64,000 nucleotides of DNA from Veleropilina oligotropha (taxonomy: Eukaryota), in assembly GCA_048128005.1 (NCBI GenBank), contig JBEUKZ010000111.1, positions 248,001 through 312,000 on the forward strand. Reading direction: 5' to 3'. Below the pieces are notes generated by a model. It did no database searches. It saw only the letters and a program-made list of their open reading frames with translations, and was not told the origin of the DNA. Shown in pieces: positions 27,629 to 39,374 of this stretch. The translations under genes were made by a program, and so were the position numbers. Numbering within the stretch: the stretch's first letter is position 1; the number at the start of each line of letters is the position of its first letter.

Positions 27629-28380
27629 TTAATGCTCTCACTTACTGCATATCTCTTAAAGGCCTGTTGAAGAATATGAAGTCTTACAATCTTTAATAAG
27701 CGGCCGTGGTTGGTCAGTGGTTAGGGATTCGGACACGACCGAGACTGTTGGGATCATTTAGGATAATCCAGGGTGAGCCCAACCGGCTGCTAATTCTACA
27801 ACTTAAAATAATAGAAGGCATATGCTCGGATCAGAGTGAAACCTTAAACCGGGTGCTTTGACAGCATGTGATAAGACTGAAAAACTGTCAAAAGTGGGCA
27901 ACCTCCAGTTTAATGTAATCCTCAATAATGACAATTAGAAAAAAATACCATTTCAACATGAATTTTTATGTAATACATGAAAGATGAACAAAGTAGTTGA
28001 CGTTTTGTTACCTGTTAACATCTGTGGTCATGTCGATGTCATATCGTCAGGAAAGCCTCGAATATATATGCAAACCCACTCCTTCGGACAGTTAGGACCA
28101 CCATATATAATACGGGAACAGAAACACTGCAGTTTATCAAGTGGATTTATAAAGGTGCTCTGGCCACTGTGGAGGCAACAAGGTGTATAATAATACAATT
28201 GTTGTGCAATAAAACACATTTAAAACAGTAGTAACATAATGAAATAAAATAAGTGGGATTTTCGCGGTGAATGTGATGGGCATCCTAGCAAATGTGTTTA
28301 AAAAACATATCAAACGGAGACCCTGATCCCAATGATACGGACAAAGCAATTACGGTACATACATAGAGGATATCGAACGA

Positions 28381-29053
28381 GTGTCCATTCCATATGAGAA
28401 TTATGAAACGAGTCGGGCACAAGTTATGTACCGAGCCTTGGCGAGGTACATAAATTTGCTGACGAGTTTCATATTTCTCATATGAAATGGACACAAGTTT
28501 CATATCTTCTTGATCACTTGACTTTATTTACCTTTAAACTTATTTTATTGCGTTTTAAACACATTTCTATACGTTTTAAAACTAATTTCTGTCATTAATT
28601 TCAGTCATTAAACGGCTTGACCCAGACGCTTCACGCCTCGACAGCACGCGCCACGCCAGTACGCCAATAAAAAATAGTTCAACGTCAGTAATCGACGAGT
28701 GAACGCGTATGAATTATTCATTATGTTAATGAGGGTGATTCGCCGCCTAATCAACTTGGCACCAGATGCGATAATCGGCCGTCATGCTCGCCCTCATTTG
28801 CATACTTATGAAACGTGTCTTTTCGTATATAGATTTATGGAACGGCCTCTGCAGTTCCATAACAGGTTTGTCATGTGATAAATACATATATCCAATGCAT
28901 CATTACAAAAATCGAAGAGATGCGGTGTACGAGGATCCGACGAATGTGCGAGACATACCCAACGCGGCCTATATACATGGCGCTCTAACCCACCAACAGA
29001 CGGACTCAGAAAGCCGGCCGTGCAGGTCAACGGTACAGATCGAGTGAACACAT
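28381..29053. mobile_element. Second hairpin-ended non-autonomous element (possibly Crypton-like)
   Basis: ~115-bp palindrome GTGTCCATT..GTACC-GAGCCTTGGCGA-GGTAC..AATGGACAC (28381-28494), same architecture as 1231-1386; the right boundary is tentative. Confidence 0.5.
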
Positions 29054-29461
29054 AATTAATGATTGTGCATAGTTTGAAAAAAGTAATTCATGTGTGTTCG
29101 GAAATATTAAATCCTTCTTGTTGTGTAATACTATTATAAAATATGTGTAGGTAATGACCATGACAATTAGGCTAGTTTTCATTCTGGGGGCATTCGTCGG
29201 GTCCCAGTCGTCGTGCACTGACTTACTTAGTGAATATTATTTATTTATCAGACACGTGCACGCAATATATATGTTTCGTCTGCGTTTTCACTGTAAAAGT
29301 CAGTCTACAAACCATGTCGTTGTTCAACAGATGTTTATTAATTAGTCGTAATTCCTTCCTACAACAGCCTGCGTCCGTTAGCAAATTCTCGTTGACCAGC
29401 CAGTTGTTTACATGCCAAATTACCCACGTGACCTCCAGCACTATATATAGCACGTCCCATT

Positions 29462-30340
29462 TCTAATTTAAAAGTTTTTACAGACGGGTCAAAGGACCCA
29501 GAAACGTCACAAACATCCGCAGCAGTGGTAATCCCAGAGTTAAAAGTATATAAATCATTCAAACTATCAAACAACTTATATGTGTATAGCACAGAACTGG
29601 TAGCTATTGAAAAAGCATTGGAAATAATCCACATAATTGAACCAACTAAAGTTGTAATTCTGTCAGACTCCCTATGTGGACTTCAGTCTCTACAATCCTC
29701 AAAAAGTTCAACAAGACCAGATCTAATCAATAAAATCAAATCATTAAATGATTCCCTTTTTGATAAAGGAAAAGATATAAATCTTGAATGGATCCCAGCC
29801 CACGTAGGCATTTTAGGCAATGAAATGGCAGACACAGCAGCAAAAAAGGGAATGACAAACCCAGATTACACTCTAAATAATATCCCGCTTAGCCACAACG
29901 AAGTCAAAAGCATAGTCAGAACTCACATTAACAATGAGCGGCAAGATCGTTGGAATCACCATGATAAAGGCAGACATTTTTTCCAACTTAAAAATAAAAT
30001 AGGCAAACCAATTAAGATGCAAACTAGTAAGCTTGAAAGCAAAACAATAACTCGCCTCCGACTCGGGCATTCAGGTCTACTAGCTCATAGATACAGAATT
30101 AAATCTTGTGAATCGCCAAAATGTCCCCATTGCGACTTTCCAGAAACAGTCGAACATTATCTGTTGGAATGTCCCGCACATATAAATGAAAGACAAAAGC
30201 TTAAAGATACGTTAAAAACAGCTAATATACTTGAAATTGACAAAAAAACACTTCTAGCACCACCAGAACCAGTAGCTACCTACACATATAGGGCATCAGC
30301 TAAATATATCAAAGACACCGGTTACATAAACAAAATATAG
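29462..30340 (+). mobile_element. 5'-truncated I-group (I/Nimb/Ingi-like) LINE ORF2 C-terminus: RNase H plus CCHC zinc knuckle
   Basis: In-frame FTDGSK, TELVAI, ILSDS, WIPAHVGILGNEMAD (all acidic catalytic residues present); TRLRLGH; CPHC..ETVEHYLLECP. Confidence 0.9.
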
Positions 30341-30833
30341 ATAAGTGCGCCACCACTAGGCAATAAACTGGCAAAAGCAGGCTCATAATAATATAAGGAG
30401 AGGAATAGAGGGAGGTCAGTAAGCAAAACTACCTCAAACCAACACCAACCAAAAAATTCTAACTAGTTAGACAACGAGTTGGTATGATTCTAGACAAACA
30501 ACCGCGCGCGGTTTGTCTAAAGGCGGCAACTCGTCCGCGCAAAAACAAACTATATCTCGACAACATCTACATACAATACCAGTTGTTTTTTCTGTTGTTG
30601 TTTTTTTTTGCCATTCCGAGGCTCATCAAAACTGGCTACATTAACAAGATATATAAAATAGAAAAACCAAAAAAATAAAATAAAATATCAAGAAATACCA
30701 AAAAACAAAATGCCTTCACACAATCTATAACTTTTCTTTTCTCGGCCCATCATGTACACACACATACAAACGCAGTTCTAATACTATTATCTTCAGCACA
30801 TGTTTCTGTAAACATTCCACCCCAATGTCTCGT

Positions 30834-31683
30834 GCGCACTCATTTGCAAAGAAATAGGCTCTGTTGCTTTAGACTCGGGGCAGCAGGCGTTACCTTAGCG
30901 ACATCCACGATGCCAGCGACGGGACCCGGCGTTAATAGGGGAGTGTGCCGAAACGAAAGCAAATAAAATACAACAACGCATCCACCCCACCTACACGAAA
31001 CGCACATAATCATGTTATTTGTTATTTTTATTTTTTTATTTTATTTTTTATAATTTTATAGGCTTAGCACATTCATAATTAATGAAAGCGGCCCTGCTGC
31101 ATTAGACTCGGGGCGGTAATCGCTACCCAAGCAGCATCAGGGTGGTAGCGAAGGTGGATTACACAAATAGGAGTAATGTGCATAAGCGATAACAAATAAT
31201 AGTCTCAGATACACTCATGGTAAAGAGCTAGGCCCTGTTGCTGTAGACTCGGGGCTGTAGGCGTTACCTTAGCGACATCTCCGATGCCAGCGACGGGACC
31301 TTACGTAAATAGGGGAGTGTACAGAGACAAATTCATATAAACGTCTGACACACTCATGGTGGGGATAGGCTCTGGGGGCAGTAGCTGATACCTTCCGACG
31401 TCACCTTGGTATACGTGGAGATTTGGTTACGGTAAATAGGGGAGTGTGCAGACAAATCTACAACTAAAATGTTTCAGACACACTCATGGTGGGGATAGGC
31501 TCTGGGCGGCAGTAGCTGATACCTTCCGACGTCACCTTGATGTACGTGGAGATTTGGTTACGGAAAATAGGGGAGTGTGCGGAAACAAAAGCAAATAAAA
31601 TACAAGCACCTCTTGCACTACACTATACATAACTCATACCCAACACACGAAACCAGGCATACTCATGGAGGATGGAGTATGCC
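30834..31683 (+). ncRNA. Array of five (plus one collapsed) putative structured RNA modules downstream of the I-group LINE ORF
   Basis: Copies 30834-30948, 31067-31181, 31210-31321, 31349-31448, 31479-31579, 31656-31683; closing stem CACTC/GAGTG with compensatory variants; conserved AAATAGG junction; many G-T pairs favour the + strand. Confidence 0.55.
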
Positions 31684-32686
31684 TTGTTACTTCTTTCTTT
31701 TCTTTTCTCAAATATCAAATAAAATGCAGAAACAGCAAATAAAATACATCAACTGCAATACACTACACATCACGCACTCATCCTCCAACTTAATTAACTT
31801 ATTTTTCAACATTTCGGAATTTTAATTCAGGCTATTACATTTTAATTTTTTCTCTCGATTAGGCCTTTTTTCAACTACATAGCATATTGATTAACTAAAT
31901 GTTGAAATGTTATGTAGACGCAATATATTGATATATTCAATATATATATATATATAAATATATAACTTTTTTTTTTACTAGTAATATAACCGTTATAACT
32001 TACAAGTTACGGCAGTACGATCGATGATGATTAATGTTAATGTCTGTCAACTTATCACTAAATAAATGCAGTAACTACTAAATTTCTTTTCTATTATTTT
32101 TACAGTTTTTTTTTGGTGGCCCTGAATCGGTGCGTTGGTGAAAGGGGCCGTTGGATGCTGGACGGACGGTGTGTCTGGCCGCCGGGTCCGTGCGGGGTTC
32201 GGCCTTGTCTCTTCGGTGCGTGGACGGCGTCCGTGGCGTGGCGGTCTTCCTCTTGGCGTGCTCGGTGTGGGTGGCGGCGTCGCGGATGACGTTTTACGGG
32301 AGGGCCTTGGGAGCGTGTGAGACATATACGACATCCATGGCGGAAAACAAATACAAAGAAGAACGACAACTACAAAGACAAGATGTCGAAATCACGGAAA
32401 ACGTGGAAGACCTCGTTAAAATCGAATAAAACAACAACAACTAATTTCTGGTCGGCTAAATTTAGTTACGGGATAGCCGATTTGTTATATCGCGATAACA
32501 GCGTTAAAATGTTTAATACAAGGCTGAAATTTTGTCCACCATTATAATAAACATATTACTACACAGCAACATGGTTTTTAAAGAAATGTGAAAGTGAGGG
32601 TGCACCTTTATGAATTCGGCCACCTATTTTGGCAAAAATGATTTCCAGACGAAATGACCGGTATTTAAACGGAACTCTGCACAAAC

Positions 32687-34046
32687 CACAGGGACTTGTA
32701 ACACTCGCCGCTCGAAGAGCGGCCGGCAGCCATCTTACATATAAATAATAAAGGGAAGTAATGCACCAAAATGCATGCCTCGGCAGATAAACAGCTGTAC
32801 CGTCCCGCTATACCGAAATGGCAATATTTATATCAACCTTCGTCAAGACATGGCTACTCTTTCATTTCGTATATGTTATAATAGCAACAGATAGGCGAAA
32901 CACTTTATTTGGACATTTATATATGGAATATTACCAAAAACGGCACCTCGATCTCCTATCCGTCCGCCTAAATTGGGATTAAATTGAAAAATATCTGGCC
33001 CAGACCAACTGTCAACCAGTACAATCGCAAAGAATCAATTAACATACCTTTAGTTAAATATCTTAATCAATAATTCCAAAATATATCACACCAACACACT
33101 GTTTGAAGAACGATTTCAAAATTGGAGGCTCTTTCGCTGCTGGTTATCGCCATGTTTACAGAAACGCCATTGAAATGCGAACGCTGGAAATAACGGAATA
33201 TTATTGGTCGAAAATGATTTTTAAAATTTCCTCTTTTAAAATTAATTCTTACAGGAAATCTGAATATTATGACATATCTTAATTAAAACAATTTACACGA
33301 TACAAACTTGACGAGTTTGAAATTTATTCAACATTATTTAAACATTGCAGACAACTGTCGTTCATCATCGGAAATGATTAAAATAGTTCGTCATATTTCG
33401 GGAGGTGAAATAATTACGGAAAAGCACGAATGAAAACACGATTCATATGTGGGCGGTATCTAACACTTTGGCCGTTGTTTATTGGATGTAGCGTAATCTT
33501 ATTGGCCAATGATATCGTAGCTTTTATAAAACTTCGGTCGCGTTATTTGGTGCAGTATATGAATTGATCAAAACACAAAATGGTGGTTGCGAGATAACTG
33601 GGTCACGGTAATTTTCGAAATTCCCCACATTCAGCCTGTAGGATGGATATATTTTGGAATTATTGATTAAGATATTTAACTAAAGGTATGTTCATTGATT
33701 TTATGCGATTGTACTGGTTGACAGTTGGTCTGGGCCAGATATTTTTCAATTTAATCCCAATTTAGGCGGCCGGATAGGAGATCGAGGTGCCGTTTTGGGT
33801 AATATTCCGTATATAAATGTCCAAATAAAGTGTTTCGCCTATCTGTTGCTATCATAAAATATACGAAATGAAAGAGTAGCCATGTCGTGACGAAGGTTGA
33901 TATAAATATTGCCATTTCGGGATAGCGGGACGGTACAGCTGTTTATCTGCCGAGGCATGCATTTTGGTGCATTACTTCCCTTTATTATTTATATGTAAGA
34001 TGGCTGCCGGCCGCTCTTCGAGCGGCGAGTGTTACAAGTCACTGTG
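32687..34046. mobile_element. Foldback non-autonomous element with ~400-bp TIRs and 8-bp TSD (P-element-like termini)
   Basis: TIRs ~32687-33087 and ~33646-34046 are near identical; CACAG..CTGTG termini; GCACAAAC duplicated at 32679-32686 and 34047-34054. Confidence 0.92.
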
Positions 34047-34183
34047 GCACAAACAAAGATGGCAAGATCAATTTTAGGGAGAGTTTACGCGATTGTTTAT
34101 GGTAAGAACCCAATGACCAGGCGGCATTTGATCGTGGTTAATAGCCGGTAGGAACTATCACGGTACAGTGATTGATCTCATTA

Positions 34184-35482
34184 CCGTAATTTGGGGTGAA
34201 TAGGGACTGCGAGGTGAATAGGGACAAAAATTAAGAAAGTAGGTAATTGACCTGAAATTACCTGTTAATGAACCAGTAGAGTATTGATTCGTTTTCAGTT
34301 TGAATGTATACAAGTACTTGATGGTTTGCATGGAAAAAATATTTGTATACCCAATACCATGAGTTGTTGCCCTTGAAATGCTTCTTATGCCATTTTCGTT
34401 AAATTTCCAATGTTGACATAACTTTCTATTTTCATATTAAACTGTAGCTGTGATGCAATCCTAAGTGCCTGGTTCATCTCTAACATTGTGTTGGACACTT
34501 ATATTTGAGAATTATAAAAACCTGGGACAAACAGTGACTTTTGAAAAAAAAGAGTTTATTCCTGACCCGAATTTGAAAAATATCCGGGGTGAATAGGGAC
34601 ACCCGAACCGGGTACGAAACGCTATAAAAAACATAGCGAAGACGACCTAAAAAGTGCCCTTAATACTATAGGCAAGGGAATGTCATACAGAAAGGCTTCA
34701 GAAAAGTACAAAATCTCCAAAACAGTACTAAACAGGCATAAGAAGAACCCTAAAATGCAGCCACACAGATTACCGGAGCTCTATATTCATGTGATTTAGA
34801 TACAGAGACATGCATGTTGATCTTTGTTTTGCTATTGGTGAAGCCTACTGACAGACATAAAACTTGAGTTTGTTAATACAGACCAGGCTTGGTTTATATA
34901 TAATTTCTCATTTAATCACATTCCCAAGAAATTGGCCGATTCCGTCCGGTTTTCAACCAGTTTGTTTGGAATATGTTGAACAGATACCTTGTTCAAGTTT
35001 CTTACTTCCATGAGTTATAGATGTACAAAATGACATGCTTTTAATAACATACCGGTACCGGTAATATGTTTTCTGAGAAGTGATTTCTGTTGCAAATTTT
35101 GAACGCTGTTCAGACAGAACAATTTTTTCGTTAATTTTGCCTAAATGTGTCAATATGAACATGTTTTCACATGAACATTACCTTGTTTCTTTTTTTAAAA
35201 TCAATAGTACTGTCCCCATTCACCCCACAATTGGGTAGTATAGGGATAGGAATAGTAATCCTTGCCTGTCCCTATTGACCCCATCTCCGGGTTGAATAGG
35301 GACAACCATTTAGGAAATAAAAAATAGGTCAAAGACATAAAAATCGAAGAAAAAAATTATATGTTCCAATACTATGTATGATATGCCAACTTTTGATGGT
35401 GTAATTGTTTAAATAAAAACAAAGGTGAATGTGACACCATAGAATGACTTAAAAAACTGTCCCTATTCACCCCAAATTACGG
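34184..35482 (+). mobile_element. pogo-like (Tc1/mariner superfamily) deletion derivative
   Basis: TA|CCGTAATTTGGGGTGAATAGGGAC ... GTCCCTATTCACCCCAAATTACGG|TA; HTH_psq-like remnant SEDDLKSALNTIGKGMSYRKASEKYKISKTVL near 34636-34750. Confidence 0.9.
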
Positions 35483-36788
35483 TACTAGTGCACGTAGCCT
35501 AATACGAAATTTATGATCGTCAGTTGCCTATTCATGATTTTCCGGGTAACGGTTGAAACGTACCACGGTCATTTCGGCCCAACATAGGACGTGAGTCGAA
35601 ACGACCAAATCGGTTTTCGATTATTTGTCGGTATGACTACTCGGAATTGGTATAGTAATGGAGTTGAATACTGTATAATGTTAAATATCAATAACAAGGT
35701 TTGGTGCTTAATGTCCTGTAGGGCCTATATTTACAACCGCCAGATTCAAACCAGGTCATTTTCCGCCGTTCAAGATAATTAAATAAATAGTTTATTTTCC
35801 GCAATCCGACTAACATATATTTTTAGCAAACAATGAAGAAAGATAAAAACTGCGTTACATAATGTCAACAGTAATGTTAAGATAATTTGTAAATGTTTAC
35901 AGGTACATTAGTATAATTAGATAAAGTAAAATGATACTTGATTACAAGCAAATATATACGATTTTTGCACACGAATGCATAATGGCGGACATAATGACCG
36001 TATAATTAGGCTGTACTGTATTCATGTGCAATATATAGCGCTGTGTTTTGTTGTCAATTCGGTTCGTGCTCTGTCATAAAGCCTAAATATATATAATCGT
36101 AAATCGAACGTTGCACTTTACAACACAGAGCAAACTCCAAGAGCATCTACGTATTGATGACGTAAATAACTGATCGTGAATGCGCGTCACAGCACCGTGA
36201 TCATAAATTCGTATGCATTAGATTATTTTCTTTCACTTATTTCCAAAAAACAAAATTGTCTATGAAATAATTGCTTTAATTTATCCAAATGATAATAAAA
36301 CATCCAATGCGACCACCCAGTTGTGTAGTGGATAAGAGCGGGGCTCTCAATTGCAGAAAAATACGTATCAGCCAATCAGATCAATGCCTTTTCTCAGCCC
36401 TGAAATGCTAATCGACCGTCGCCATTACCTCGGAGACAAAGGAGGTTTTGCAGTAGTCGGAGTGTTTGAATTGCATTTATTAGAGTGTTGTTATGAATTT
36501 ATTCCATGTTTAATGATTGTTATCATCATTGACAAAGTATTTGGTAAATAAATAAGTTGCATAACATATTTGTATACATAGATATATAACACAATAACTA
36601 ATTGGGGAAAATTATCGGTTAAACAATTATATATACAATTCTATGTTCTGTTATCAATTGCAATCTTCCGTATTGGGCGGAGAAGGTGGTTTCCCCGGGC
36701 GACCGGGTTGTCCTCTCGCGATAGTTGTTTCCCGGGCGACCGGGTTGTCCTCTCGCGATAGTATGGACATGTATGAAATAATAGGTAT

Positions 36789-36791
<3 letters not shown>

Positions 36792-36826
<35 letters not shown>

Positions 36827-37128
36827 CCGGTCTTATATAGCGCATTATTACGCTAGTGTCTCAATGCGCTGAACATTATTACCCCTGGTTATGGGCCTTT
36901 TCCATTCGATATGCCATCTCAACTCCCTCTGGGAGCATTACAGTCATTTACACGCGGGTAGCGCCGTGACTTACATAACTGCCAACCAGGTGCCCATTTA
37001 CATCGGCTGGGTGGACCGAGGCAAATATATGCTTATTTCCTTGCCCAAGTGAAATCGCCGAGCCTTGGGGGCGAACTCGAGACTCTGTGACCAGAGTCCT
37101 GTGAACAACCCACTGAGCCACGACGGCA
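36792..37128 (-). mobile_element. tRNA-derived SINE with CORE-like and Deu/Nin-like domains and L2-type tail
   Basis: Minus strand: A box TGGCTCAGTGG; CTTGGGCAAG..CACCCAG..TAAATGGG; TGCTCCCAGAGGGAGTTGAGATG; GCGCATTGAG..GCGCTATATAAG; (TTA)n. Confidence 0.75.
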
Positions 37129-37358
37129 TAACTTGGTATATGTTTTGATGCCAATAAATATATATGCTGAAAATCACCCCATAACGGAGCGCTGTATTCT
37201 ATTAAGAACCAAGTCAGAATTGTGTTTAAATCGAAGTATTTCTGGTTGAGACAAATTGTTAAACAGGATGAATTAACAAAATCAATGGACTTACCTTAAA
37301 TATATTTTGATCAATTATCGTCATATCTTTCAAGCGTGTCTAAATATTGACTTATTAC

Positions 37359-37783
37359 CAGGCGTGGATCCAGGAATTTCGCTTATGGGGGACGCTGAAT
37401 TTACTATCAACTGTTCGCGTGAGGGACGGGGCCCCACGCGAAAGAAAAGAATTAACAGCATGAAACCCCCTCTCCTGCACTCTGACATGGCAAAAGCGAT
37501 ATTTCATTCTAACTTTTTCTGAACCACCGTCACTCAAATAGCACGAGTCAAATTTTTATTTTATTTTGTCATAATCGAATAGTCCGCGTAGGGTCGGCGC
37601 CCCACGCGCAAGAAATTTTGACAATTAACGATGTGAAATCCCCCCTCCTGCATTATTACATTGCAACAGCCTATTTATAATGTTCTGAAAGTCATTTGTA
37701 TCAGATTATACATATTATTTTAGTATGCTTGGCCAACTTTAGGGGGGGGGGCGCCGGGTGCGCCCCCCCTGGATCCGCGCGTG
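37359..37783. mobile_element. hAT5-like MITE (5-bp TSD)
   Basis: ATTAC|CAGGCGTGGATCCAGG ... CCTGGATCCGCGCGTG|ATTAC. Confidence 0.75.
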
Positions 37784-38245
37784 ATTACAAGGATATTTAA
37801 CCACGTGATAGTATAGTTATATTCATCAACAGAAGGTCGCATATAATGCACAAGTCCTACTGCTTTTAATGATTTTCATCTTCAATATTTGTGTATTCGT
37901 AAATGTCGCTTGAATAATTATTTATTGCTTCGACTCGGATTTGAGTGATGCTTAATGTTCTGTTTTAAACAATCTTCGGATTCATAGACGGAAATGTCCA
38001 TATTGTCGTGAGAGGCAAGCCCTGTGTGTCGTCATCGCTCTGGTAGCAGACATATACAGGTTCTCGGTTCACATATATATCGTTTAGGATTTAGAACAAC
38101 ATATCGACCTCTTGTCTTAAGTTAGAACTGACTCTGACGGAAATTCAACTAGGATCTCCACGAACTCTGATAAGAACGGAATAGGAAGTGAATCATAGAA
38201 CTATGAGTATAGAACGAAAATTACATTGCAAGCTTGACTCATTGT

Positions 38246-38804
38246 CCATTACGCATGCATTATTCTTACATTACGCTTGCATTATTCTTCCATTACGCAC
38301 GTATTATACTTCCATTACGCATGCATTATACTTCCATTACGCATGCATTATTCTTCCATTACGCATGCATTATTCTTTCATTACGCATCCATTATTCTTC
38401 CATTACGCATGCATTATTCTTCCATTACGCATGCATTATTCTTCCATTACGCATGCATTATTCTTCCATTACGCATGCATTATTATTCCATTACGCATGC
38501 ATTATTATTCCATTACGCATGCATTATTCTTCCATTACGCATGCATTATTCTTCCATTACGCATGCATTATTCTTCCATTACGCATGCATTATACTTCCA
38601 TTACGCATGCATTATACTTCCATTACGCATGCATTATTCTTCCATTACGCATGCATTATTCTTCCATTACGCATGCATTATTCTTCCATTACGCATGCAT
38701 TATTCTTCCATTACGCATGCATTATTCTTCCATTACGCATGCATTATTCTTCCATTACGCATGCATTATTATTCCAATACGCATGCATTATTCTTCCATT
38801 ACGC
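38246..38804. repeat. 22-bp minisatellite, ~25 copies
   Basis: Unit CCATTACGCATGCATTATTCTT. Confidence 0.97.
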
Positions 38805-38841
38805 AGTTGGCAACGAGGATACCTAACTACGCAGCACTCAT

Positions 38842-39112
38842 TGTGGGGGGGGGGGGGGGAGGAATTATGCTTAATGTCCTGTATATTTACAACATCGAGG
38901 TTCAAGGCAGGACATATCCGTATCGCGGGAGGAAACCCAGGTCGCCCGGGTAAACCCGCCCTCTTCGGCCAGTCACGGACAACTGTGATTCATAACTTGA
39001 ACAAATTTCAATGCCTCAGCCAGGTATTGAACCCACTACTGTTCGCATTAGCGGAATCAAGCCAGTGAATTTAAAGTGGACACTCTACCCACTGCGCTGC
39101 CAAGGCGGCCCT
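38842..39112 (-). mobile_element. Full-length dominant tRNA-derived SINE with TSD
   Basis: Head GGGCCGCCTTGGCAGCGCAGTGG, B-box-like GGTTCAATACC, core GGTTTCCTCCC, C-rich tail; GCACTCAT duplicated at 38834-38841 and 39113-39120. Confidence 0.88.
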
Positions 39113-39374
39113 GCACTCATGATTGTACTATTATGACTTAAATATTAGAAGAAGCACTCATTGTTATGATTCTTCTAATATTTAAGTCATAATAGTACAA
39201 TCATCTGGTATTTATTTCTATTTTTGACGACAAATCTAATTCACTTAAATATGGATTGACCAAAACATATGCATGTAAAGTATCGCTAATGAGGAATTGA
39301 TATCCAAATCGCAGCAAAATGCGACCGCTGGTTCCGCCATGAGGCGAATGGCCTAATTTCGTTCGTGACTGATA

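Larger units (their letters stand above)
22059..32607. mobile_element. Large Kolobok-like TIR element with nested insertions
   Basis: TTAA|AGGTGCACCGTCACTTT ... AAAGTGAGGGTGCACCT|TTAT: 17-bp TIR with 1 mismatch, purine-purine terminus, further subterminal similarity (TGGTGGA.AAA). Confidence 0.7.

Noticed and set aside
31210..31321. HDV-like, twister or pistol ribozyme assignment for the modules
   Set aside because: A 7-bp G-U-started stem resembles HDV P1, but the 12-nt loop cannot hold P2/P3/L3. TAAATAG and CCCAAGC recall pistol and twister, but their remaining cores are absent. No CUGANGA/GAAA hammerhead core.
32612..35770. Outer element enclosing the P-like and pogo-like insertions (GAAATGACCG / CGGTCATTTC motifs)
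   Set aside because: Inverted motifs are visible, but termini and TSD could not be defined.
38188..39068. Three overlapping 212-263 aa ORFs
   Set aside because: Artefacts of the 22-bp repeat running into a SINE.
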